From positions 148,912 to 212,911 of the forward strand of contig CAVOPE010000001.1 of assembly GCA_963697755.1 (NCBI GenBank): DNA of 64,000 nucleotides, written 5' to 3'. A program made the translations under genes and the position numbers. Numbering within the stretch: the first letter of the stretch is position 1; each line of letters starts with the position of its first letter. Shown here piece by piece: positions 31,137 through 40,566 of this stretch. Source of the DNA: an uncultured Gemmatimonadales bacterium (GTDB taxonomy: Bacteria; Gemmatimonadota; Gemmatimonadetes; Gemmatimonadales; GWC2-71-9). The notes under the pieces are model-generated. The model saw nothing but the letters and a program-made list of their open reading frames with translations. It searched no databases and was not told the origin of the DNA.

Positions 31137-32945
31137 TTACAACGTCTTGCCGGGTGGCAAGGTAGCCACCCGCCCCCGCCTGGGCAACGCCGAATGCGGG
31201 TCGAGCAGCCGGACGTCGATGTACTCGCCCACGACGCTGCGGAGGGTCTCGGTGACGTCCTCCGCGCTCGCCGCAGTCAGGGCCGATTCCGCGGCCCGGG
31301 CCGCAGCCAGGTCGGGCACGGTCCGGATCACCCATTTGACCAGCGGCAGTGCCGGGGGCGAGACGCTCAAGCGGTCGTACCCCAGCCCGAGCAGGAGGAC
31401 CGCGCTGAGCGGCTCCGAGGCCATCTCGCCACACACGCTCACCGGGATGCCGGCGGCGCGCCCCACCTCGAGCACCTGGTGGAGCTGCCGGACGATCGAT
31501 GGGTGATGGGGCGAGAACCGGTCGGCGAGCCGGGCGTTGCCCCGATCCACCGCGAGCGTATACTGCGTGAGGTCGTTCGTCCCGATGCTGAAGAAAGCGC
31601 TGACCTCCGCCAGGCGGTCGGCGATCAGCACGGCCGCCGGCGTCTCGATCATCACACCCACCGGAATCGACTCCACCGCCGGGACGCCCGCCTTGCGCAG
31701 GGCTTCACCCTCCTCGGCCACCATCGCGCGCGTCTGCTCGACCTCCTCCACCAGGGTCACCAGCGGCAGCATGAGCTGAATGTCGCGATCCACCGCGGCG
31801 CGAAGCAGCGCCCGGATCTGCGGTCGGAAGACCTCGGGCTCGTCCAGGCACACGCGGATCGAACGCCAGCCGAGAAACGGGTTGGCTTCCGCCGGGGCCT
31901 TGAACGCGACCGGGAACTTGTCGCCGCCGAGGTCGTACGACCGGATGATGACCGTGTGGCCGTGGAAGGCGGTCGCCACGCGGCGGAAGTAGTCCGCCTG
32001 CTCGGTCTCCGTCGGGAGCGTCGCGCGGCCGGTGAGCAGGAATTCGGTGCGGAGCAGACCGACGCCCTGTGCCCCCATGCGCACGGCGGCCTCGATCTCC
32101 TCGGGGAGGTCCACGTTTCCCATCAGGCTGATGGCCCGACCGCTGGGCGTGACCGCCGGCGCTTCGACCACCGACTCGAGCTGCAGCTCGAGCCGGTGTC
32201 GGCGGCTGACCTGGGTCTTCGCGTCCTCGAGCTCGTCGCGCGTCGGATCGAGCACGATGGTGCCGGCCTGGCCGTCGAGCAGCACCATCATCCCCGGCGG
32301 AATCTCGGCCAGCGCGCCGACCGCCCCCATGACCGCCGGGATGCCGAGCGAGTGCGCCAGGATCGCGGCGTGCGCGGTCCGGGTGCCTTCTTCGCTGATG
32401 AGCCCGACGACGTGCTCCCGATCGAGCTGTACCGTGAGCCCGGGAGAGAGCTCGTGGGCGACAACGATCACCTGCTCATCGGCAGGGATGGACCAGAGCT
32501 CGTGCCCGATGCCCCCCATGAGCCGGTTGAGCATGCGGAGCTGGATGGCGTGGACGTCCGCCAAGCGTTCCCGGAGCCGGGCGGCGCCGGACCACAGGTT
32601 GCGGAGCTCGAGCGCCTTGAATTCGTAGGCGGTCTCGGCACTGAGCTGGTTGTTGCGAATCAGGGTCTCGACCGAGGCCAGGAAGTCCTCATCCTGGGCC
32701 ATGAGGATCTGGGCGTCGAAAATGCGCGACTCCTCGGGGCCCGCGCGCTGCAGGACTCGCTGGCCCAGATCACCCAGATGGGAGACGACGTAATCCACGG
32801 CCTCACGGAGGCGACGCACCTCCTGGTCTACGTGCTCGGGCTTGACCGTACGGTCCGGCACCTCCGGAAAATCCATCCGGACGATAAACGCCGGCGCGCA
32901 GGCCACGCCGGGCGACACGCCGATTCCCCGAAGCGCGCGGGTCAT
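31137..32945 (-). CDS. ptsI: Phosphoenolpyruvate-protein phosphotransferase (PTS Enzyme I)
   Basis: From the internal ATG: MTRALRGIGVSPGVA. Phospho-His region EEGTRTAHAAILAHSLGIPAV. PEP-utilising C-domain FFSIGTNDLTQY and VCGEMA. Confidence 0.92.
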   Translation of the reverse strand: MTRALRGIGVSPGVACAPAFIVRMDFPEVPDRTVKPEHVDQEVRRLREAVDYVVSHLGDLGQRVLQRAGPEESRIFDAQILMAQDEDFLASVETLIRNNQLSAETAYEFKALELRNLWSGAARLRERLADVHAIQLRMLNRLMGGIGHELWSIPADEQVIVVAHELSPGLTVQLDREHVVGLISEEGTRTAHAAILAHSLGIPAVMGAVGALAEIPPGMMVLLDGQAGTIVLDPTRDELEDAKTQVSRRHRLELQLESVVEAPAVTPSGRAISLMGNVDLPEEIEAAVRMGAQGVGLLRTEFLLTGRATLPTETEQADYFRRVATAFHGHTVIIRSYDLGGDKFPVAFKAPAEANPFLGWRSIRVCLDEPEVFRPQIRALLRAAVDRDIQLMLPLVTLVEEVEQTRAMVAEEGEALRKAGVPAVESIPVGVMIETPAAVLIADRLAEVSAFFSIGTNDLTQYTLAVDRGNARLADRFSPHHPSIVRQLHQVLEVGRAAGIPVSVCGEMASEPLSAVLLLGLGYDRLSVSPPALPLVKWVIRTVPDLAAARAAESALTAASAEDVTETLRSVVGEYIDVRLLDPHSALPRRGRVATLPPGKTL

Positions 32946-32946
32946 C

Positions 32947-33213
32947 TCAGTCCTCCCCGAACCCGCTGGCCACCAGCTCGGCGAGCGCCTGTATCGCCTC
33001 CTCGGCGTCGGGCCCGTCGGCGCGGATGGTGATCTCACTGCCGCACTCTGCGGCCAGCATCATGACCCCCATGATGCTTTTCCCGTTCACTTCGAGGCCG
33101 TCCTTCGAGAGCTCGATCGCGGCCGCGAAGCTGCTCGCCAGTCGGACGATCCGTGCGGCCGGTCGAGCATGCAGTCCCTCTTGGTTGACGATGGTCGCCT
33201 GGCGTTCGATCAC
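32947..33213 (-). CDS. ptsH: Phosphocarrier protein HPr
   Basis: VIERQATIVNQEGLHARPAARIV (His-15 motif) and KSIMGVMMLA (Ser-46 region, the HprK target). The GTG start forms a GTGA overlap with the EIID stop. Confidence 0.88.
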   Translation of the reverse strand: MIERQATIVNQEGLHARPAARIVRLASSFAAAIELSKDGLEVNGKSIMGVMMLAAECGSEITIRADGPDAEEAIQALAELVASGFGED

Positions 33214-33944
33214 AGGCCCATCCAGCGGAAGAACAGGAGCAGCCCCATCGCCAGCAGCGCGAAGCGCACGCTGGTGAGCGCGGGTCCGAACCATCGGGTC
33301 ACCGCCGCGCCGACGGCCGCCACGGCCAGCGCGCCGAGCGTGCCCGTCCAACCGAATCCGTGCAGAAACCACCCGGCGACCACCGGGATCGCCAGCCCGA
33401 CGCTGCCTCCCGCGATCGGTCCGATGCGCGCGATCGCGCGCGGGATCCAGGAGGCGCCGATCGCCGACCCCACGCGCATGCCGGAATCGAGACCGGTCCG
33501 GAGCGCCCAGATGGCGGTGGCCAGCCGCGCCATGTTGTAGAGCGCGAGAAAGCCCAGGATCGCCCACCATCCAGCGCCGAGCACCACGGCGACCAGCGTC
33601 AGCCCCACGAGCGCCGGGACGAGCCCGGCCCAGAACAGCTCGTCGCCGAGCGCGCCGAGCGGGCTGCAGAGCGCCGTCCGCAGGCGCGCGATCTGCGGGC
33701 CGGGCACGGCCTCGTACTCGGCGCGGGCCGTGGCGCCGAGCGCCAAGCCGGCCAGATTGGGGTTGCAATTGAAGAACTCCGCCGACCGGACGACCGCCTC
33801 CCCGTGCCGGACGGGGTCGATCGTCTTGAGATCCTCGAGCAGCGGCTCGGCGGCGTACCCCATGCCGACGCCGAGCATGCGCTCGTAGTTCCAGGTGCCC
33901 TGAATGGCGAACAGCCGGAGCAGCGCGCGCCAGCCGCCGTTCAT
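33210..33944 (-). CDS. PTS mannose/fructose/sorbose-family EIID component
   Basis: MNGGWRALLRLFAIQGTWNYERMLGVGMGYA...FFNCNPNLAGLALG, typical of EIID-Man. ATGA overlap with the EIIC stop. Confidence 0.8.
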   Translation of the reverse strand: MNGGWRALLRLFAIQGTWNYERMLGVGMGYAAEPLLEDLKTIDPVRHGEAVVRSAEFFNCNPNLAGLALGATARAEYEAVPGPQIARLRTALCSPLGALGDELFWAGLVPALVGLTLVAVVLGAGWWAILGFLALYNMARLATAIWALRTGLDSGMRVGSAIGASWIPRAIARIGPIAGGSVGLAIPVVAGWFLHGFGWTGTLGALAVAAVGAAVTRWFGPALTSVRFALLAMGLLLFFRWMGL

Positions 33945-34621
33945 CGGAGCACCGCCAGCAAGGTGCCGGCGGCGGCGCCCGCCGCGAGCCACTTGAGGCG
34001 CTCGCCGCGCCCCGCGCTCCGCACCGCGCCGGCCGCCGCGGCCGACAGCCCCGACCCGATGGCCACGAGGGTTAGTCCGACGGCTGTCTGCCGATCGAGC
34101 GGCAGCCAGCGGACGGCCGCCCACGCCACCAGGAGACCGAAGGCGGTGACCACCGCCCCTCGGCTCGCGTCGCGAAGGAGGCCGACGTACTGCAGCGTCC
34201 GAATCGCGCCGCTCTCCCCGGCGGCGAGCGCGGCGGCGCGCCGCTGGATCGCCAGCGCATTCCATCGCCGCACCACCTGCAGGCTCCAGCCGCCCACGAC
34301 GGCGACGACAAGTCCCACGCCGATGCTCACGCCGAGCCCGAGCTCCCAGGGAGCGCCGGCCGCGAGCGCCGTCGCCGCCACGGTGGCGGGCCCGTAGTCG
34401 GGATAGCGCACGGCGCCGATGGGCAGCACGTCGAGCGCGAACAGCTCGAGTACCACGCCGACCCGGAGGCCGGCCTCAATGTCGCCCACGATCCAGCCGG
34501 CCACTGCGCCGGCGACGATCGGCCGCGACAGCATCGCCTGCGGCACGCTCACCAGGTCGAGCGCGACGATCGTGCCCCAGAGGATGAGCAGGACGATGAG
34601 ATGCGGCGCGAAGGCCGTCAC
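33941..34621 (-). CDS. PTS mannose-family EIIC component
   Basis: Polytopic membrane protein VTAFAPHLIVLLILWGTIVALDLVSVPQAMLSRPIVAGAVAGWIVGD..., positioned between EIIB and EIID. The GTG start forms a GTGA overlap with the EIIB stop. Confidence 0.72.
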   Translation of the reverse strand: MTAFAPHLIVLLILWGTIVALDLVSVPQAMLSRPIVAGAVAGWIVGDIEAGLRVGVVLELFALDVLPIGAVRYPDYGPATVAATALAAGAPWELGLGVSIGVGLVVAVVGGWSLQVVRRWNALAIQRRAAALAAGESGAIRTLQYVGLLRDASRGAVVTAFGLLVAWAAVRWLPLDRQTAVGLTLVAIGSGLSAAAAGAVRSAGRGERLKWLAAGAAAGTLLAVLR

Positions 34622-35094
34622 GCGAGCGTCCTGAGCGCCACGGCGGGCGACGTCGGGAGGTCCTGGGCGGTGATCTCGGCGCCGCCGGCCTCCAACGCCA
34701 CCAGGCACCGGAGCTCTTCGTCGGTCAGATACACGTACGACAGCCGCTCGCGCCGACCCGGCCGGTGATGGATCCCGCCGAGGTTGATCCGCCGTATCAC
34801 CCCGGGCGCGGCCCGGTGAAGGGCAGCCATCGTCTCGATGTCGCCGGTGAGGATGACGCCGCGCCGCTCGCCGGCCTGCCACGCGCCGAGCTGCGGCGCG
34901 GCCTCCTCCACCGTGGCGAAGCGGATCTCCAGCTCAGGCGGCACCGCCATTCGGTAGAGGTCCTGCTCCCACGGGCTCGCGGCCACGCTCGGGTCCACCA
35001 GCACGATGAACTCCACGCCCAGCGGACGTCCCCACCCGATCACCACCTGGCCGTGCACGAGGCGATCGTCGATCCGGCAGAGCACGATCGGCAT
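34618..35094 (-). CDS. PTS mannose-family EIIB component
   Basis: MPIVLCRIDDRLVHGQVVIGW (phospho-His motif RIDDRLIHGQV of EIIB-Man/Sor). Confidence 0.82.
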   Translation of the reverse strand: MPIVLCRIDDRLVHGQVVIGWGRPLGVEFIVLVDPSVAASPWEQDLYRMAVPPELEIRFATVEEAAPQLGAWQAGERRGVILTGDIETMAALHRAAPGVIRRINLGGIHHRPGRRERLSYVYLTDEELRCLVALEAGGAEITAQDLPTSPAVALRTLA

Positions 35095-35468
35095 CAGGGC
35101 ACCCGGATCGCCTTGCCCCCCGCGATGGCCGCCCGCGCGGCCGCCTCGTCGAGTGGGAGCGTTCGGTGAAAGACGAAGTCCACCAGCATGGCGAGATTGA
35201 CTCCGGTGACCGTCTTCGCCGTGGCGCTCGCCTTGAGCCGGTTGAGCACGGCGAACAGGCACGAGCCGCTCGAGAGATCCACGAACACGACGGCCGGGCC
35301 GTCGCCGACCGCTTCGGCGACCCGCTCCTCCAGCTCGCCACGGTCACACCCCGTGTTCGACACCGCCTTGAGCGCGCCCGTCACGCCGCTGATCTGCTCC
35401 GCCGCCTCCACGAGGGCTCCGGCCAGCCGCCCGTGGCAGACGACCACTCCGTGCAACTCCTCACTCAT
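35094..35468 (-). CDS. PTS mannose-family EIIA component
   Basis: 124 aa. GVVVCHGRLAGALVEAAEQISG (active-site His near the N-terminus) and VFVDLSSGSC, typical of EIIA-Man. Confidence 0.8.
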   Translation of the reverse strand: MSEELHGVVVCHGRLAGALVEAAEQISGVTGALKAVSNTGCDRGELEERVAEAVGDGPAVVFVDLSSGSCLFAVLNRLKASATAKTVTGVNLAMLVDFVFHRTLPLDEAAARAAIAGGKAIRVP

Positions 35469-36423
35469 AGTCTTCCTGGAGATATTCCCGGACGCCGCGC
35501 TGCTCTTTCATCTTCTTGATGAGGCGGGCGTTGAACGCCGCGGCGACATCCACCCCGGAATAGCGGAGCAGATGCATCATCGCCACCACCTCTGAGATTA
35601 CGGTGATGTTCTTGCCGGGGTTGAGCGGCACGATGACGCGCGGGACCGCGACGTCGAGAATCATCGTCTCCTCGCGCGCGAGGCCGGTCCGGTCGGCGTC
35701 CTTCGCGGTCTCCCAATCCTCGAGCTGGACCACGACCTCGATGCGCTTCTGCTGGCGGACGGCTCGCACGCCGAAGAGCGCGGGGATGTCGATGAGCCCG
35801 ATCCCGCGAATCTCCATGTGATGTGCGGCGAGCTCGTGGCCGCGGCCGATGAGCACGTCGTTGCCGCGCCGGGTGACCTGCACGACGTCGTCCGCAACCA
35901 GGCGGTGGCCGCGCTCGACCAGGTCGAGCACGCACTCGCTCTTCCCGATGCCGGACCGGCCGATGAAGAGCAGACCGACGCCGTAGACGTCGGCGAGCGA
36001 GCCGTGGAGCGTGGTCCGCGGGGCGAAGGCCTCCTCCACGACCGGCTTGATCCGGCGGTAGAACTCGGCGGTCTTCAGCTTGGACCGGAAGACCGGGACG
36101 CTCCGCGCGCGCGCGAGCTCGAGCATCTCCGGCGGCACCTCCTGGCCCTTGGTCACGAAGATGCAGGGCAGCTCGAAGCCGAAGAACTTGCGCAGCGTCG
36201 CCTGCCGGTCCTCGGGTGAGAGGGAGTTCAGGTACGTGATCTCGGTCTCGCCGAAGACGTGGATGCGGTTCGGGGCGAAGCGGCCGGTATAGCCGGCCAG
36301 CGCCAGGCCCGGGCTCGCGACTTCGGCCTCGGGCATCTGGCGGTCCAGCCCGAGGTCGCCGGTCAGCGCCTCGATCTGGAGCGGATCACCGCGGCGGGAG
36401 ACGAAGTCGCGCAATCGGAGCAT
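35461..36423 (-). CDS. hprK: HPr kinase/phosphorylase
   Basis: From the internal ATG MLRLRDFV. P-loop GRSGIGKSE, LVADDVV and MEIRGIGLIDI signature. The long N-terminal extension in the track ORF is spurious. Confidence 0.9.
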   Translation of the reverse strand: MLRLRDFVSRRGDPLQIEALTGDLGLDRQMPEAEVASPGLALAGYTGRFAPNRIHVFGETEITYLNSLSPEDRQATLRKFFGFELPCIFVTKGQEVPPEMLELARARSVPVFRSKLKTAEFYRRIKPVVEEAFAPRTTLHGSLADVYGVGLLFIGRSGIGKSECVLDLVERGHRLVADDVVQVTRRGNDVLIGRGHELAAHHMEIRGIGLIDIPALFGVRAVRQQKRIEVVVQLEDWETAKDADRTGLAREETMILDVAVPRVIVPLNPGKNITVISEVVAMMHLLRYSGVDVAAAFNARLIKKMKEQRGVREYLQEDYE

Positions 36424-36737
36424 CAGCCGATCCGAGGCTCGGCATCGCGGGAGCGCCGACCACGGGGCGACGCCTTGTCGAGCTGGCGGCGCAGCTTCTC
36501 TTCGGCGCGGTCGAGGGCGGTGCGATGATCGTCGGCCTCGCCGCGGGCGATGAGCACGTCTCCGCGCGACGCATGCAGCCGGAGCTCCGCCGTGGCCTGC
36601 TTGCCCTCCGTGTCGAACACGACGGCCGACTCGATGGGACGATGGGCCAGCGTGCCCAGCCGCTCCACGACCGTGATGGCGCGCTCGCGAAGGGTGTCGG
36701 GGATCTCGCAGTGGCGGGCGGTGATCGTCGTCTGCAT
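36423..36737 (-). CDS. hpf: Ribosome hibernation promoting factor (sigma-54 modulation protein/RaiA family)
   Basis: MQTTITARHCEIPDTLRERAITVVERL...ELRLHASRGDVLIARGEADDHRTALDRAEEKLRRQL. This is the short-HPF fold pattern. It overlaps the hprK start by 1 nt. Confidence 0.88.
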   Translation of the reverse strand: MQTTITARHCEIPDTLRERAITVVERLGTLAHRPIESAVVFDTEGKQATAELRLHASRGDVLIARGEADDHRTALDRAEEKLRRQLDKASPRGRRSRDAEPRIG

Positions 36738-36754
36738 GGCAAGTTCCTCCTGGC

Positions 36755-37882
36755 TCAGGCCGCGCCCGAGCCGGCAATGATGTCGTGGAGATGTCGCTCC
36801 GTGTCGGCTGCGGTCCGCTCCCAGGTGAGACCCTCGGCGAAGCGGCGGGCGTCGGCGCCGAGCGCCGTCACGCGGTCGGGTGAATCGGCGAGCTCCAGCA
36901 TCCGTGCGGCCAGGGCGTCGACGTCGCCGTGGGGAACCAGGTATCCGGTCACGCCATGGCGCACGGAGTCGCGCAGCCCCGGGCTGTTCGAGGCGATCGA
37001 CGGCGTGGCACAGGCGGCGGCCTCGATCACCGTGATGCCCCAGCCTTCCTTGGGCGACGGAAACAGATTAGCCCAGGCCCGCTGCAGCAGCTCGAGCTTT
37101 TCGGCCTCGCTGATGAAACCCCGAAACCGAACGGCCGATCCCAGCCCGAGTTCGACGGCCAGTCGCTCCAGTTCGGCCCGGTGGTCGCCGGTTCCCGCGA
37201 TGTCGAGCGAGAGATCGGGCCGCCGCAGGCGAGCCTGCGCCAGCGCCCGGATCGCGAGCGCTATCCCTTTATAACGCTTCAACCGTCCAACGTACAAGAA
37301 GGTGGGGCTCGCCGCACGGCCGCCGTCAGGCGCGGGCGTGAACCTGGCGGCATCCACGCCGGGATGGATCACCCGGATCCTCTCCGGGGCGACCCCGCGC
37401 GCCACGAGGTCGTCGCGCGTGCTCTCGCTGATGGCGTGGAAGAACGCGCGACGATACGCGCGCGCCAACGGGCGCTCGGCCGCCCAGACCACCGCCGCCA
37501 TCGGCCAGGGCGCCTCCTCGAAGGCCGTCTCGCCGAACAGGTGCGGGACGATCGCGCAGATCGGCAGCGCGGTCATACCAGCGAGAAACAGCGGCAGCTT
37601 GTTGATGTCCTCGACCACGATGTCCGGCCGCTCGGCCTGCAGCGCCCGCCGCACCGCGCGGCGGCCGACGAGCGCGAAGGTCTGTCGCGTGCCCGCGCGC
37701 TCGACCGCGATGCCGTCGATCAGCCCACGCGGCGCGGCCCCAGGCCACCCGCCGCAGACCAGCCTCACGCGATGCCCCCGTGCGGCCAGCCGACCAAAGA
37801 TCTCGAAGAGATGAATTTCGGCGCCACCCGCTTGCGGGTGTTCTCGGTCCTGCCAGTTGACGACGAGAACGTTCACAGGCAC
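36755..37882 (-). CDS. Glycosyltransferase family 4 (GT-B fold)
   Basis: N-terminal VLVVNWQDREHPQAGGAEIHLFEI and a C-terminal GT1-type motif FPSPKEGWGITVIEAAACATPSIASNSPGLRDSV. An alternative GTG at 37876 forms a GTGA overlap with the nusB stop. Confidence 0.85.
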   Translation of the reverse strand: MPVNVLVVNWQDREHPQAGGAEIHLFEIFGRLAARGHRVRLVCGGWPGAAPRGLIDGIAVERAGTRQTFALVGRRAVRRALQAERPDIVVEDINKLPLFLAGMTALPICAIVPHLFGETAFEEAPWPMAAVVWAAERPLARAYRRAFFHAISESTRDDLVARGVAPERIRVIHPGVDAARFTPAPDGGRAASPTFLYVGRLKRYKGIALAIRALAQARLRRPDLSLDIAGTGDHRAELERLAVELGLGSAVRFRGFISEAEKLELLQRAWANLFPSPKEGWGITVIEAAACATPSIASNSPGLRDSVRHGVTGYLVPHGDVDALAARMLELADSPDRVTALGADARRFAEGLTWERTAADTERHLHDIIAGSGAA

Positions 37883-38286
37883 CCGAGCGTGCGGGCGATG
37901 CCGTCCAGCACGCCGTTCACGAAGCCCGGCGCCCGAGCCCCGCCGAACCAGTGCGCCAGGCGGACCGCCTCGTCGATGGCCACCTTCGGCGGCACGTCAC
38001 CGCGGCGCAGCTCGAGGATGCCGAGGCGGAGGATATTCCGCTCCACGATCGCCATCCGATTGAGCCGCCAGTTGTCGCTCGCCCGCTCGGCGTCGGCGTC
38101 GAGCTGCCCGACCTCGGCGATCACCCCCTGCGCCAACTCTTCGGCGCGGTCGAGGATCCGTGGCTCGGGCCCGGTGAGCCGCGACAGGCCGGTCGCGACC
38201 GAGGGCACCGGCGGCTCACCCAGCAGCTCCCATGCGTAGAGCAGCTGGAGCGCGCGAGCACGGCTCTTCGTCTCGGGCCTAAGCAT
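37873..38286 (-). CDS. nusB: Transcription antitermination factor NusB
   Basis: From the ATG at 38286: MLRPETKSRARALQLLYAWEL...NRMAIVERNILRLGILEL...VAIDEAVRLAHWFGGARAPGFVNGVLD. Confidence 0.88.
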   Translation of the reverse strand: MLRPETKSRARALQLLYAWELLGEPPVPSVATGLSRLTGPEPRILDRAEELAQGVIAEVGQLDADAERASDNWRLNRMAIVERNILRLGILELRRGDVPPKVAIDEAVRLAHWFGGARAPGFVNGVLDGIARTLGCL

Positions 38287-38752
38287 CCAGCGCTCGAAGC
38301 TGCGCGATGACATCGGCAGCCTGAATGGCGGCGGCGGCCGCTTCGTAGCCCTTGTTGCCCGCGTTTCCGCCGGCACGGTCCACGGCCTGCTGCATCGTGT
38401 CCACCGTCAGCACGCCGAACCCGACGGGCAGGGCGTGGGCGACGGCGACGGCATTGAGGCCCCGGGCGGCCTCGCCGGCCACGTACTCGAAATGCGGGGT
38501 GTCGCCCCGCACCACGGCGCCGAGCGCCACGAGGCAGGCATAGCGCTTGGTACCCGCAGCGGCCGCCGCCGCGACGGCCAGCTCGAAGGCGCCGGGCACC
38601 CACACGACGTCGACGCTGTCCCGGGGGATCCCCGCCTCCTGGCAACAGGCGAGCGCTCCCTCGAGCAGCCGGCCCGTGATGAGCTCGTTATAGCGGCTGG
38701 CGAGGATCGCCACGCGGCCCACGGCGCGAAGGCGAGCATTCAGATCGGGCAC
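38279..38752 (-). CDS. ribH: 6,7-dimethyl-8-ribityllumazine synthase
   Basis: VAILASRYNELITGRLLEGA...VWVPGAFELAV...LGAVVRGDTPHFEYVA...GFGVLT. Confidence 0.93.
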   Translation of the reverse strand: MPDLNARLRAVGRVAILASRYNELITGRLLEGALACCQEAGIPRDSVDVVWVPGAFELAVAAAAAAGTKRYACLVALGAVVRGDTPHFEYVAGEAARGLNAVAVAHALPVGFGVLTVDTMQQAVDRAGGNAGNKGYEAAAAAIQAADVIAQLRALDA

Positions 38753-38755
38753 GGA

Positions 38756-39964
38756 TCAGTGGGCGAGGAGATGGCCGAGTTTGTCGCGCTTGACCTGGAG
38801 GTACCCGCGGTTTTCCCGGTTGGGGTCGGTGACGAGCGGCACCCGCTCCGTGATCTGGAGGCCGTAGCCTTCCAGCCCCACGAGCTTCCGCGGGTTGTTG
38901 GTCATCACCCGAATCGAGGAGAGGCCGAGGTCGCGAAGGATCTGTGCCCCGATGCCGTAGTTGCGGAGGTCGGGAGCAAAGCCGAGGCGCTCGTTGGCCT
39001 GCACGGTATCGGCCCCCGCGTCCTGCAGCGCGTACGCGCGGAGCTTGTTCAACAGGCCGATCCCCCGGCCCTCCTGGTCGAGGTAGACGATCACGCCCCG
39101 GCCCGCCTGAGCGACCATCTCCATCGCCCGGTGGAGCTGGGGGCCGCAGTCGCAGCGCTGGGAGCCGAACACGTCACCGGTGAGGCACTTCGAGTGCATC
39201 CGCACCAGCACGTCGGCCTGCCCGGCCACCTCGCCGTAGACCAGCGCGACGTGCTCGGCGCGGTCCACGTCGTTCTGGTACCCGATGATGGTGAACTCGC
39301 CGAAGTCGGTGGGGATCCTGGCCTCGGCGACCCGGTGGACGAGCTGCTCAGTCTGCAGCCGATACGCCACGAGCTGGGCGACGGTCACGAAGGTCAGGTG
39401 ATGCTCGCTGGCCATCGTCTGCAGCTCGGGCCGCCGGGCCATCGATCCGTCGGGGTTCAGGATCTCGCAGATGACCCCCGCCGGCACCAGGCCGGCCAGG
39501 CGCGCGAGATCGACGCTGGCCTCGGTCTGCCCGACCCGCTGCAGCACGCCGCCCGGGCGGGCCCGCAGCGGGAAGATGTGGCCTGGGCGGCGAAGATCGG
39601 ACGGCACCGTCGCGGGGTTGATCGCGACGTGTATCGTCGTGGCGCGGTCGCTGGCGGATATGCCGGTGGTGACGCCGAACCGCCGCTCCGCGTCGATGCT
39701 CACGGTGAAGGCGGTGGCCAGCTCCTCGGTGTTTCGCTCCGTCATCTGGGGAAGGCCGAGCTGGTCACAGCGCTCCCCCGTGAGCGCCAGACAGATCAGG
39801 CCACGGCCGTGGAGCGTCATGAAGTTGATCATTTCGGGCGTGGCGAGCTCTGCCGCGCACACGAGGTCGCCCTCGTTCTCGCGATCCTCGTCATCGGCCA
39901 CGATGACGATCTTCCCGTTGCGCAGGTCGTCGATGGCCTGCTCGATGGTCCCGAAGGTGCTCAT
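38756..39964 (-). CDS. ribBA: Bifunctional 3,4-dihydroxy-2-butanone-4-phosphate synthase / GTP cyclohydrolase II
   Basis: DHBP synthase half (VIVADDEDRENEGDLV, HGRGLICL) and GCH-II half (RMHSKCLTGDVFGSQRCDCGPQL, YLDQEGRGIGL). Confidence 0.95.
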   Translation of the reverse strand: MSTFGTIEQAIDDLRNGKIVIVADDEDRENEGDLVCAAELATPEMINFMTLHGRGLICLALTGERCDQLGLPQMTERNTEELATAFTVSIDAERRFGVTTGISASDRATTIHVAINPATVPSDLRRPGHIFPLRARPGGVLQRVGQTEASVDLARLAGLVPAGVICEILNPDGSMARRPELQTMASEHHLTFVTVAQLVAYRLQTEQLVHRVAEARIPTDFGEFTIIGYQNDVDRAEHVALVYGEVAGQADVLVRMHSKCLTGDVFGSQRCDCGPQLHRAMEMVAQAGRGVIVYLDQEGRGIGLLNKLRAYALQDAGADTVQANERLGFAPDLRNYGIGAQILRDLGLSSIRVMTNNPRKLVGLEGYGLQITERVPLVTDPNRENRGYLQVKRDKLGHLLAH

Positions 39965-40566
39965 GAAGCTCCCAGATCTCCACGGGCGAGGAGCAGCTCG
40001 GCGACGTACTTGCCGATGGTGTCCGCCTCCAGATGTACCCGGTCCCCGGCCCGGCGCTCTCCCAACGTGGTGTGCTGTAAAGTAAACGGGATGAGAGAGA
40101 TCTGAATTAGGTCCGGAGCCGGTCGGTCGTTGACCGTGAGGCTGACGCCGTCGACGGTCACCGAGCCTAGGGGCACTGATATCCGGGCGACCTCGGCGGG
40201 GACCCGAAGGTCGATCAGCCGGGCGTCTTCCCGTTCCCCGACCCGCTCCACCGTGCCGACGCCGTCGACGTGGCCCTGCACCAGGTGGCCGCCCAGGCGA
40301 TCGCCTACCCGCAGGGCCCGCTCGAGATTTACCTTCCGGTCGACGCTGTAAGTATCGAAATTAGTGCGGTCTAGAGAAGTCCGTATGATGTGTACTGTGA
40401 ACCCAGACCGGTCGCGGGACTCAACCGTCAGGCAGGCGCCATCAACCGCAACGCTCTCGCCCAGGGTCAGGTCCTCATAGGGGCTCGCAATGGTGAGCTC
40501 GACGCCACCCTCGGTCTGGGTACGGCTGGCGACCTTCCCCACCGCCGTGACGATCCCGGTGAACAT
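39961..40566 (-). CDS. ribE: Riboflavin synthase (alpha chain)
   Basis: MFTGIVTAVGKV...GESVAVDGACLTV...GSVTVDGVSLTV (duplicated lumazine-binding repeat). Overlaps the ribD stop by 1 nt. Confidence 0.92.
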   Translation of the reverse strand: MFTGIVTAVGKVASRTQTEGGVELTIASPYEDLTLGESVAVDGACLTVESRDRSGFTVHIIRTSLDRTNFDTYSVDRKVNLERALRVGDRLGGHLVQGHVDGVGTVERVGEREDARLIDLRVPAEVARISVPLGSVTVDGVSLTVNDRPAPDLIQISLIPFTLQHTTLGERRAGDRVHLEADTIGKYVAELLLARGDLGAS

